Source: Hominicoprocola fusiformis (GTDB lineage Bacteria; Bacillota; Clostridia; Oscillospirales; Oscillospiraceae). From it: 14,823 bases of DNA. Each line of letters starts with the position of its first letter. Within the stretch, counting starts at the first letter, position 1. This document shows, in pieces, positions 1 through 6,818 of the stretch. The stretch covers positions 1 to 14,823 of the forward strand of contig JBBNGO010000061.1 in the NCBI GenBank assembly GCA_040095065.1. The letters run 5' to 3'. The translations under genes and the position numbers were made by a program. The notes beneath the pieces were generated by a model, which was not told the origin of the DNA, made no database searches, and saw only the letters and a list, made by a program, of their open reading frames with translations.

Positions 1-1
1 C

Positions 2-40
2 AAGTCTCTGCCGGGCGGCAGAGACTTCCTTTTCATTTTC
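2..40. terminator. Intrinsic-terminator-like hairpin with T-rich tail at the window edge, possibly bidirectional
   Basis: Perfect 11-bp stem AAGTCTCTGCC/GGCAGAGACTT (2-12 / 17-27) around a 4-nt loop, followed on the + strand by CCTTTTCATTTTC. It lies 18 nt beyond the cotJC stop codon (46-48) on the - strand. Confidence 0.5.
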
Positions 41-45
41 TATCT

Positions 46-642
46 TTACTTGTCGAAGCTCGGGTTTACGTAGTAGACATTTTTCTCGTCCAGGCGGTCC
101 TTGGCGAGGCGCAGGCCTTCGCCGAAGCGCTGGAAGTGTACGATCTCGCGCGCACGCAGGAATTTGATGACATCACTCACGTCCGGATCGTCGGAAAGGC
201 GCAGAATGTTGTCATACGTCACGCGCGCCTTCTGTTCCGCCGCCAGGTCCTCCGTCAGGTCCGCGATGGTGTCGCCCGTGACCTGCATGGTGCTCGCCGA
301 CCACGGGTAGCCCGAGGCGAACTGCGGGAAAACGCCTGTCGTGTGGTCGACAAAATAGGCCTCGAATCCAGCCTCCTTGATCTGTTCCTCCGTGAGATTT
401 CGCGTGAGCTGGTGGACGATCGTGCCGACCATCTCCAAATGCCCCAGCTCCTCTGTGCCGATGTCGGTCAGCAGGCCCTTGAGCTCGGGGTAGGGCATGG
501 AGTAGCGCTGGGAGAGGTAGCGCAGCGACGCGCCGAGCTCGCCGTCCGGGCCACCGTACTGCGAGATGATCGCCGCGGCAAGCCGTGGATTCGGGTTCTT
601 GATCTTGACGGGGTACTGTAACTTTTTCTCATATACAAACAT
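46..642 (-). CDS. cotJC: Spore coat protein CotJC (manganese-catalase / ferritin-like family)
   Basis: 198-aa ORF with high GC3. The N-terminus MFVYEKKLQYPVKIKNPNPRLAAAIISQYGGPDGELGASLRYLSQRY and the ExxH di-metal motifs (EELGHLEM, REIVHFQRF) are typical of CotJC/Mn-catalase proteins. SD-like GGAGGGAG sits about 8 nt upstream of ATG 642. The start abuts the upstream stop (TAAATG). Confidence 0.9.
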   Translation of the reverse strand: MFVYEKKLQYPVKIKNPNPRLAAAIISQYGGPDGELGASLRYLSQRYSMPYPELKGLLTDIGTEELGHLEMVGTIVHQLTRNLTEEQIKEAGFEAYFVDHTTGVFPQFASGYPWSASTMQVTGDTIADLTEDLAAEQKARVTYDNILRLSDDPDVSDVIKFLRAREIVHFQRFGEGLRLAKDRLDEKNVYYVNPSFDK

Positions 643-1092
643 TTACTTTTCTCCCTCCAGATCCCACGGCCACGGATCATTCAGCCACTTGAAGCTGCCG
701 GGCGTCACGTCCGTCTGCAAAATCGGGCCGTACTGCTTTTCATAGGCCTCGCGCCCCTCGCGGCCGAGCTTGATATACGACCAGTAGAGGTTCAGAACCT
801 CGGTGTCCTCCGGGTGTGTGGTGAGATAAAGCCCCAGCTCGTCGATGGCAAAATCGAGCGCCATCAGCTCTGAGAGCGCCGTGTTGACGGCGGGGAACTT
901 CGTCTTCATCTGCGCGTGAAAGGGTAGGTTCAGCCCCGGAAACAGCGTGCCGGCCTTGAGCGCGTCCTGTTGGGAATAGCGCTCGGGGTCGTTTTTCTGC
1001 ACGGGGACATAGGGAAAAGCCAGCGGCGCGCAGCAGCCGTTCGGCAGTGTGCCCACGCCGGACTCGGCGCGCATGGCTCTGTTGTCGTCCAA
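643..1092 (-). CDS. Fused CotJA-like / CotJB-like spore coat-associated protein
   Basis: One uninterrupted frame. The N-terminal half carries the CotJA-family signature (PLAFPYVPVQ...YSQQDALKAGTLFPGLNLPF). The C-terminal half, from Met at 909, carries the CotJB signature (DFAIDELGLYLTTHPED...YGPIL...DPWPWD). The start is uncertain. The maximal ORF reaches ATG 1137, which has no SD. TTG 1092 has AAGGAGGAG 8 nt upstream and is my preferred start. ATG 1074 is a third option. The stop at 643-645 is fixed. Confidence 0.75.
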   Translation of the reverse strand: MDDNRAMRAESGVGTLPNGCCAPLAFPYVPVQKNDPERYSQQDALKAGTLFPGLNLPFHAQMKTKFPAVNTALSELMALDFAIDELGLYLTTHPEDTEVLNLYWSYIKLGREGREAYEKQYGPILQTDVTPGSFKWLNDPWPWDLEGEK

Positions 1093-1191
1093 AGAAGTCT
1101 CCTCCTTGCAAAGAAATCGGGCATCCGCCCACACCATCCTATGCAGCGGGAGAAAAAAGGGAAGCGGGGCTTTTCTTTTTGTTCAAAATCC

Positions 1192-1199
1192 TGTATAAT
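1192..1199 (+). promoter_or_regulatory. Candidate -10 element upstream of the amidase gene
   Basis: Consensus TATAAT (1194-1199) immediately preceded by TG, 45 nt upstream of the GTG start at 1244. There is no convincing -35 at 17-bp spacing (only TTTTCT, 1171-1176). It lies in the divergent cotJ/cwlD spacer, so sporulation-sigma promoters are equally possible. Confidence 0.3.
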
Positions 1200-1243
1200 G
1201 AAAATCACATAAGGCCGCGCCGCGGGGCATACATTGTTCCGGG

Positions 1244-1963
1244 GTGAGGGGTATTTTGTTTATCGTTTTCGGAAAAAAGGCGTTTTACGCCATATTCGCG
1301 CTGCTGCTCGTGCTGACGGCGGCGACCGTCAGCATGCTTCTGCCGCCGGAGGCGGTGGAGACGAGCGTGTCGGCGCCGACAGGGAAGACCGTCTGGGTCA
1401 TCGACGCGGGGCACGGTGGGGAGGACGGCGGGGCCGTCGCCGCCGACGGCAGCAAGGAAAGCGACATGAACCTCGCCATCGCGCGGCGGCTCGACGCGCT
1501 GCTCGTTTTTCTCGGCGAGGAGACGCGCATGACGCGCACAGAGGATATCTCCATCCACGATGCCAGTGCGTCCACGCTGCGGGAAAAGAAGCGCTCCGAC
1601 CTCGAAAACCGCGTGGGACTGGTCAACAGCACGCAAGGCGCTATCCTTGTCAGCATCCACCAGAACAGTCTTCCGTCATCCAAGCAGACGCACGGCGCGC
1701 AGGTGTTTTACGGCAAAAAAGAGGGGAGTGCCGAGGTCGCGAATGCGGTGCAGCTCGCGCTGAATCAGACTGTCAATGCGGGCAATGAGAAGACAGAGAA
1801 GGCCATCGACGCGTCGATCTTCCTGATGAAAAACGTCACCGCGCCCGCGATCCTGATCGAGTGCGGATTTTTGAGCAATGAAAATGAAACGGCGCTTTTG
1901 AAAAGTGGCGAATATCAGCAAAGACTGGCCGTTGTGATCGCGTCCGGTCTTTTACAGCAGTAG
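1244..1963 (+). CDS. cwlD: N-acetylmuramoyl-L-alanine amidase, Amidase_3 family, CwlD-like (germination-specific cortex modification)
   Basis: 239 aa, with an N-terminal hydrophobic anchor (AFYAIFALLLVLTAATVSMLL). Amidase_3 zinc/catalytic motifs are present: VIDAGHGGEDGGA, VSIHQNS, LIECGFLSNE. Size and single-anchor architecture match CwlD. The start is GTG 1244, with TTG 1256 as an alternative. The symbol rests on architecture and sporulation neighbourhood, not on a search. Confidence 0.75.
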   Translation: MRGILFIVFGKKAFYAIFALLLVLTAATVSMLLPPEAVETSVSAPTGKTVWVIDAGHGGEDGGAVAADGSKESDMNLAIARRLDALLVFLGEETRMTRTEDISIHDASASTLREKKRSDLENRVGLVNSTQGAILVSIHQNSLPSSKQTHGAQVFYGKKEGSAEVANAVQLALNQTVNAGNEKTEKAIDASIFLMKNVTAPAILIECGFLSNENETALLKSGEYQQRLAVVIASGLLQQ

Positions 1964-1988
1964 CAGTAAAGCAAAAGAGGTTTACAAT

Positions 1989-3356
1989 ATGGCAAAGGCA
2001 AAAAGTGTATTTTTCTGCACGGAGTGCGGCAACGAAACGCCCAAATGGGCGGGCCGCTGCCCGAGCTGCGGCGCATGGAACACGCTCGTGGAGCAGGCCG
2101 TCGGCGACAGTGCAAAGGCAAAAACGGGCGGCCGCAGCCGCGCGCTGCGCGCCAAGGCGCACCCGATCGCAGAGCTCGATACGGCGCAGGAGATCCGTTT
2201 TCCCACCGGCATGGGCGAGCTTGACCGTGTGCTCGGCGGGGGCGCTGTGCAGGGTTCGCTCGTGCTCGTCGGCGGCGCGCCGGGCATCGGCAAATCGACG
2301 CTGATGCTGCAGATATGCGGAAAACTGAGTGAAACCGCCAAAATTCTGTACGTTTCCGGCGAGGAATCGCCGCGTCAACTCAAGCTGCGCGCCGACCGTC
2401 TCGGCGTGCAGTCGGACAACCTGTACGTGCTGTCTGAGACCTGCCTTGGCGACGTGCTGGAATCCGTCGAAGAGGAAAAGCCCGATGTGCTGATTGTCGA
2501 CTCCATCCAGACGCTCTATCAGGACTCGCTCGAATCGCCCGCGGGCAGCGTGGCGCAGGTGCGCGCCTGCACGCTGGAGCTGATGCAGCTGGCCAAAGGG
2601 GAGGGCATCACCGTCTTCGTCATCGGACACGTCAACAAGGAGGGTTCCATCGCGGGCCCGAAGGTCTTGGAGCACATGGTCGACTGCGTTTTATATTTCG
2701 AGGGCGAGGCGCACATGAGCTATCGCATCCTGCGCGCGGCGAAAAACCGCTTCGGCGCGACGAACGAGATCGGCGTATTCGAAATGCGCAGCGAAGGCCT
2801 TGTCGAAGTGCCGAACCCGTCGGAAATGCTGCTCTCGGGCCGGCCCGACGACGCGCCCGGCACCTGCGTGACCTGCGTGATGGAAGGCCAGCGCCCGGTG
2901 CTGGCCGAGGTGCAGGCATTGCTTGCGCCCGCGGCGCAGTCAGTCTCGCGGCGGACAAGCAACGGCTTTGACTACAACCGCGCCGCCATGCTGATGGCGG
3001 TGCTCGAAAAGCGCGGCGCGCTCAAGGTGTCCGGCTGTGACGCGTTCTTGAACGTCATCGGCGGACTCAGCGTGGACGAGCCTGCGGCGGATCTTGCCGC
3101 CGTGCTGGCGCTGGCGTCGAGCTATCTCGACAAGCCCATCGGCAACCATGTCGCCGCCATCGGCGAAGTCGGCCTGACGGGCGAGCTGCGCAGCGTGAAC
3201 CATTTGAGCGAGCGGCTCAGCGAGGTGCACCGTCTGGGCTTTGAAACATGCATCATCCCGAAGCAGCGCAAGGATCAGATCCGCGCGCCGCAGGGACTCG
3301 CGCTGATCGAAGCGCGCAATATCGCCGAAGCGCTGCGCGCCATCGTACAGGCGTAA
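1989..3356 (+). CDS. radA: DNA repair protein RadA/Sms
   Basis: 455 aa. It has an N-terminal C4 zinc finger (CTECGNETPKWAGRCPSCGAWN), Walker A (GGAPGIGKST), the RadA-specific KNRFG motif (AAKNRFGATNEIGVFEM) and a C-terminal Lon-protease-like domain. SD AAGAGG lies upstream of ATG 1989. It starts 25 nt after the cwlD-like stop. Confidence 0.95.
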   Translation: MAKAKSVFFCTECGNETPKWAGRCPSCGAWNTLVEQAVGDSAKAKTGGRSRALRAKAHPIAELDTAQEIRFPTGMGELDRVLGGGAVQGSLVLVGGAPGIGKSTLMLQICGKLSETAKILYVSGEESPRQLKLRADRLGVQSDNLYVLSETCLGDVLESVEEEKPDVLIVDSIQTLYQDSLESPAGSVAQVRACTLELMQLAKGEGITVFVIGHVNKEGSIAGPKVLEHMVDCVLYFEGEAHMSYRILRAAKNRFGATNEIGVFEMRSEGLVEVPNPSEMLLSGRPDDAPGTCVTCVMEGQRPVLAEVQALLAPAAQSVSRRTSNGFDYNRAAMLMAVLEKRGALKVSGCDAFLNVIGGLSVDEPAADLAAVLALASSYLDKPIGNHVAAIGEVGLTGELRSVNHLSERLSEVHRLGFETCIIPKQRKDQIRAPQGLALIEARNIAEALRAIVQA

Positions 3357-3386
3357 AGCAATGCGTTGACTGCAACGCACACATAA

Positions 3387-3406
3387 ATAATATTTAATAA
3401 TATTTA
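3387..3406. repeat. Tandem 10-bp direct repeat (ATAATATTTA x2), each unit containing the palindrome AATATT
   Basis: Read directly: ATAATATTTA at 3387-3396 and again at 3397-3406, flanked by ACACATAA / TTGTATC. The two AATATT cores (3389-3394, 3399-3404) are one helical turn apart. Function unknown. Confidence 0.6.
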
Positions 3407-3420
3407 TTGTATCAGCAAAA

Positions 3421-3444
3421 CCGGCAGCGTGAAAACGCTGCCGG
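3421..3444. terminator. GC-rich hairpin downstream of radA, orientation ambiguous
   Basis: 9-bp stem CCGGCAGCG/CGCTGCCGG with loop TGAAAA. There is no T-tract on the + side (ACCCATAG follows). AAAA precedes it, so the U-tract would be on the - strand. A weaker 7-bp hairpin TGCGTTG/CAACGCA lies at 3362-3379. Either could end the radA transcript, but neither is a textbook terminator. Confidence 0.35.
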
Positions 3445-3536
3445 ACCCATAGAATCCTACGATCTTGACAAAGGAGGTTTTTGCCGCCAGCCACGCCAAA
3501 ACGCTCATTTCCGCAAAAATACGTTTTTCCGCTCCC

Positions 3537-3572
3537 CTAAATTGAACAAAATTTTTATTTTGTTCAATTTAG
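3537..3572. repeat. Perfect 16-bp-arm inverted repeat; candidate dif-like Xer core site or operator
   Basis: CTAAATTGAACAAAAT-TTTT-ATTTTGTTCAATTTAG. All 16 arm positions pair, and only 3 are G:C. It can be parsed as 11-6-11: ATTGAACAAAA (3541-3551) / TTTTTA / TTTTGTTCAAT (3558-3568). It lies 266 bp upstream of the tyrosine recombinase start. Confidence 0.55.
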
Positions 3573-3837
3573 TATGGACTTCAAAATGCCCCCTCTCCAT
3601 CGGCCACTTTATTGAAAGCCGTCATACCGTCGATTAACGGCATGTACGCTGTGCATCCGTTCGAACGATCAATCGCTGCGCAGCTGTGTATCACGCTTGA
3701 ACCGCCGACAACGCTCACAGATCAGAGCTACCGAATTTTTTCCGGTATTTTGAAATCCAACACTTCGTAACTTCTCCGTATTTTTTCTTTCTGATTTAGA
3801 TGAGCTGTTTCTGTGCCTGCACTGGCGCTCATTTACT

Positions 3838-4848
3838 ATGAACGACTACCGCTTGGAATCGCCACCGATCCTGCGTGATTTTTTATCCTATCACGAGACC
3901 ATCAAAGCCCACTCACAGAAAACGGTCGATGAATACTTTCTCGACCTGCGCAACTTTTTCCGCTATTTGAAGCAGTCGCGCGATCCGTCGCTGCGCGACC
4001 TCCCTTTGAGTGAAATTTCCATCATGGATGTCGATCTCGACTTTGTGAAAAAAGTAACATTGACCGATATTTACGCCTACATGACCTATCTGAGCCGCGA
4101 CCGCGTGCAGCATCAGAACAGTGACGTGTCTGACTACGGCCTGAACGCCGCGTCCAGAGCGCGAAAAATCGCGACAATTCGGTCTTTTTATAACTATTTA
4201 GTCAATAAGGCGCACCTTTTGGACACAAATCCCTGCAAGGATCTCGACTCCCCCAAGATCAAAAAGTCGCTGCCGAAATATCTGACGCTCAATGAAAGCG
4301 TGCAGCTTTTGCAGTCGGTCGACGGACAGAACCGCGAGCGCGACTACTGCATTCTGACGATCTTTCTGAACTGCGGGCTGCGCATTTCCGAGCTTTGCGG
4401 CCTTGATTTGCAGGACATTCAGGACGACGCGCTGCGCGTGCTCGGCAAAGGCAACAAGGTGCGCATCGTCTACTTAAACGACGCCTGCAAGGATGCGCTC
4501 AAGCGTTATCTCGCCGTCCGCCGCCCCATCTCCGGCCGCGACCACAATGCCCTCTTTCTCTCGTCGCGCAACGAGCGCATCAGCCGCTCGAGCGTCCACG
4601 CGCTCGTCAAAAAGCACCTGAGCGCCGCGGGGCTCGACGCTTCAGAATACTCCTCGCACAAGCTGCGCCACACGGCGGCAACGCTCATGCTGCAAAATGG
4701 CGTGGACGTCAAAGCCGTGCAGGAGGTGCTTGGGCATGAGCATCTGAACACGACGGAGATCTACACACACATTGATAACGACGCGCTGCGCGTGGCTGCA
4801 AAGGCAAATCCCTTGTCGCATGTAAAGATGAAAAAGAACGAGGATTAA
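3838..4848 (+). CDS. Site-specific tyrosine recombinase, XerC/XerD family
   Basis: 336 aa. It has a SAM-like N-terminal core-binding domain (DEYFLDLRNFFRYL...IATIRSFYNYL). The catalytic domain carries the R-H-R-H-Y set (LNCGLRISEL; HKLRHTAATLM; LGHEHLNTTEIYTHI). No SD is visible upstream of ATG 3838. Confidence 0.85.
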   Translation: MNDYRLESPPILRDFLSYHETIKAHSQKTVDEYFLDLRNFFRYLKQSRDPSLRDLPLSEISIMDVDLDFVKKVTLTDIYAYMTYLSRDRVQHQNSDVSDYGLNAASRARKIATIRSFYNYLVNKAHLLDTNPCKDLDSPKIKKSLPKYLTLNESVQLLQSVDGQNRERDYCILTIFLNCGLRISELCGLDLQDIQDDALRVLGKGNKVRIVYLNDACKDALKRYLAVRRPISGRDHNALFLSSRNERISRSSVHALVKKHLSAAGLDASEYSSHKLRHTAATLMLQNGVDVKAVQEVLGHEHLNTTEIYTHIDNDALRVAAKANPLSHVKMKKNED

Positions 4849-4850
4849 AA

Positions 4851-4879
4851 TTGACTTTCCCGGCTTCATCCGATATACT
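4851..4879 (+). promoter_or_regulatory. Sigma-A-type promoter for the transketolase operon
   Basis: TTGACT (4851-4856), a 17-nt spacer, then TATACT (4874-4879). It begins 3 nt after the recombinase stop, and the -10 ends 38 nt upstream of ATG 4918. Confidence 0.6.
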
Positions 4880-4917
4880 TAACAGTTGATGAAATGTATT
4901 TTTCAAGGAGGGTTTCC

Positions 4918-5730
4918 ATGAATACAAAAGAGCTTTCCCCCATCTGCCGGCAGGTACGGCGTGACATCATCACGATGACCGCCAACGCCGGCAGCGGCCA
5001 CCCCGGCGGTTCGCTGTCTGCGGTGGAGCTGATGACCAGCGTCTTCTTCAACCACATGCGCGTTGACCCGCAGAACCCGCACGATCCCAACCGTGATCGT
5101 TTCGTGCTCTCCAAGGGTCATGCCGCTCCCTGCTACTACGCAGTCCTCGCCGCCAAGGGCTTCATCTCCCGCGACGAGTACGCGAACTTCCGCCAGCTGC
5201 ACTCCATTCTGCAAGGTCATCCCGACGCGAAGAAGGTCCCCGGCGTGGACGCTTCCACGGGTTCTCTCGGTCAGGGCGTGTCCATCGCCGTCGGCATGGC
5301 GCTCGGTGCCAAGCATCTCGGCAAGGATACGAAGGTCTTCGCCCTCGTCGGCGACGGTGAGAGCCAGGAGGGTCAGATCTGGGAGGCTTACATGGCCGCT
5401 GCGCACTATAAACTCGACAATCTGACCGTCATCATCGACAACAATGGGCTCCAGATCGACGGCACGAACGACCAGGTCATGAGCCTTGGCGATCTGCCCG
5501 CCAAGCTGCGCGCGTTCGGCTTTGACCTCGTCGAGCTGCCCGACGGCAACGATTTGGGCGCCGTCGAGGCCGCGCTCTCCAAGCCTACCATGCCCGGCAA
5601 GCCCAAGGCCATCCTTGCACACACCGTCAAGGGCAAGGGCGTTTCGTTCATGGAGAATCAGGTCGGCTGGCACGGCAAGGCCCCAAATGCCGAGCAGCGC
5701 GAGCAGGCTTTGAAGGAATTGGAGGACTAA
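4918..5730 (+). CDS. Transketolase, N-terminal (TPP-binding) subunit
   Basis: 270 aa from ATG 4918, with SD AGGAGG 6 nt upstream. The track start at 4894 adds 8 residues without an SD. Motifs seen: GSGHPGGSLS, SKGHAAP, and the TPP-binding GDG...NN block (LVGDGESQEGQIWEA...VIIDNNG). Confidence 0.9.
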   Translation: MNTKELSPICRQVRRDIITMTANAGSGHPGGSLSAVELMTSVFFNHMRVDPQNPHDPNRDRFVLSKGHAAPCYYAVLAAKGFISRDEYANFRQLHSILQGHPDAKKVPGVDASTGSLGQGVSIAVGMALGAKHLGKDTKVFALVGDGESQEGQIWEAYMAAAHYKLDNLTVIIDNNGLQIDGTNDQVMSLGDLPAKLRAFGFDLVELPDGNDLGAVEAALSKPTMPGKPKAILAHTVKGKGVSFMENQVGWHGKAPNAEQREQALKELED

Positions 5731-5734
5731 GAAC

Positions 5735-6667
5735 ATGGCTGATAAAATTGCGACCCGTCAGGCTTACGGCGAAGCGCTGATCGAACTGGTCGAAAAGAAC
5801 GATAAGGTCGTCGTGCTCGACGCCGACCTCGCCAACGCCACGCAGACCTGCAAGGTCGCCAAGGCGCACCCCGAAAAATTCTACAACTGCGGCATTGCCG
5901 AGGCCAACATGGTCGACATCGCCGCCGGTATGTCCACGATGGGCCTCATCCCCTACTGCTCTTCGTTTGCGATGTTTGCGGCCGGCCGCGCCTATGAGCA
6001 GATCCGAAACTCCGTTGCTTACCCGCACTTCAATGTCAAGGTCTGCGCCACGCACGCGGGCGTCAGCGTCGGCGAGGACGGCGGCAGCCACCAGTGCATC
6101 GAGGATCTCGCGCTTATGCGCGCCATCCCCGGCATGACGGTCATCTGCCCCGCGGACGCCAACGAAGCCAAGGCCGCCACCATGGCCATCGCCGAGGTCG
6201 ACGGCCCGGTCTACATGCGCCTTGCTCGTCTCGCCACCCCCGTTTTCGAGGGCGACATGGTCAAGCCCTTTGAGATCGGCAAGGCAAACGTCCTGCGCGA
6301 GGGCAAAGATGTTGCGATCTTCGCGACCGGCCTCATGGTCAACGAGTCCCTGATGGCCGCCGAGGCGCTCGCAAGCGATGGCATCGACGCTGCCGTCATC
6401 AATATCCACACCATCAAGCCCATCGACGCAGAGTGCGTAACGAAGTACGCAGAAAAATGCGGCAAGGTCATCACCGTTGAAGAGCACAGCGTCATCGGCG
6501 GCCTGGGCGACGCCGTTGCCGACGTGCTCATGGGCAAGGTGAACTGCAAGTTCCACAAGATCGGCGTGAACGACCGCTTCGGCCAGTCCGGCAAGGCGAC
6601 GGATGTGCTGCGCGAGTACGGCCTGACGGCGGATCAGATCGCTGAGACGGTCAAAGTGAACATCTGA
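5735..6667 (+). CDS. Transketolase, C-terminal (pyrimidine-binding) subunit
   Basis: 310 aa, starting 4 nt after the N-subunit stop, with GGAGGA inside the end of the upstream gene. It resembles the transketolase Pyr and C-terminal domains (FYNCGIAEANMV, THAGVSVGEDGGSHQ, EEHSVIGGLG). Confidence 0.9.
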   Translation: MADKIATRQAYGEALIELVEKNDKVVVLDADLANATQTCKVAKAHPEKFYNCGIAEANMVDIAAGMSTMGLIPYCSSFAMFAAGRAYEQIRNSVAYPHFNVKVCATHAGVSVGEDGGSHQCIEDLALMRAIPGMTVICPADANEAKAATMAIAEVDGPVYMRLARLATPVFEGDMVKPFEIGKANVLREGKDVAIFATGLMVNESLMAAEALASDGIDAAVINIHTIKPIDAECVTKYAEKCGKVITVEEHSVIGGLGDAVADVLMGKVNCKFHKIGVNDRFGQSGKATDVLREYGLTADQIAETVKVNI

Positions 6668-6673
6668 GGAAAG

Positions 6674-6710
6674 AAAGGAGACAAAGCGAATCGGTTTTGT
6701 CTCCTTTTTT
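6674..6710 (+). terminator. Rho-independent terminator of the transketolase operon
   Basis: 12-bp stem AAAGGAGACAAA/TTTGTCTCCTTT (6674-6685 / 6696-6707) running into a T-tract that ends at 6710. It starts 7 nt after the stop codon. Confidence 0.8.
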
Positions 6711-6730
6711 CAAAAATATCGCAAATCCTC

Positions 6731-6758
6731 TTGCAAAATCAGATTTCTGTGTTACAAT
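6731..6758 (+). promoter_or_regulatory. Sigma-A-type promoter with extended -10 for the fba-pfp operon
   Basis: TTGCAA (6731-6736), a 16-nt spacer, then TGtTACAAT (TG at 6750-6751, hexamer at 6753-6758). It lies 60 nt upstream of ATG 6819. Confidence 0.55.
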
Positions 6759-6818
6759 ACAATTAGTTCCAAACGTACCAAACATTTGAAATAACTTTTT
6801 ATCGAAGGAGAAGATATT

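Noticed and set aside
1836-2675. 279-aa antisense ORF opposite radA. Similar long antisense or off-frame ORFs occur at 4903-5736(-), 5648-6556(-), 6651-7940(-), 8010-8837(-), 10162-10896(+), 13750-14805(-) and 1234-1788(+).
   Set aside because: Each lies opposite or out of frame with a gene that has unambiguous family motifs. Their translations are Arg/Ala/Gly/Asp/Leu-rich low-complexity strings typical of stop-depleted shadow frames in high-GC DNA. None has an SD at its start. The 429-aa frame at 6651-7940 even runs through an intergenic promoter region.
3407-3637. 76-aa + strand ORF in the radA-recombinase spacer. Also a 20-codon TTG ORF (3481-3540) behind AAGGAGG, and a 29-codon minus-strand ORF starting at 3600.
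   Set aside because: The 76-aa frame is AT-rich, crosses the hairpins and the 36-bp palindrome, has no SD and has an implausible composition. The 20-codon ORF has an SD only 4 nt from a TTG and nothing recognisable in its peptide (MPPATPKRSFPQKYVFPLP). The minus-strand one lacks an SD. None can be supported from sequence alone.
3357-4850. The recombinase plus spacer as an integrated mobile element or genomic island.
   Set aside because: There are no flanking direct repeats, no tRNA target, and no cargo, excisionase, phage or conjugation genes. The immediate neighbours are housekeeping genes (radA, transketolase). GC content of the recombinase gene is patchy by eye, not clearly foreign. This is kept only as an alternative within the dif-like finding.
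4894-4917. Track start codons 4894 (transketolase N subunit) and 13558 (aminotransferase).
   Set aside because: The internal ATGs at 4918 and 13660 have SD sequences at proper spacing. The upstream extensions overlap predicted promoters and add non-conserved residues.
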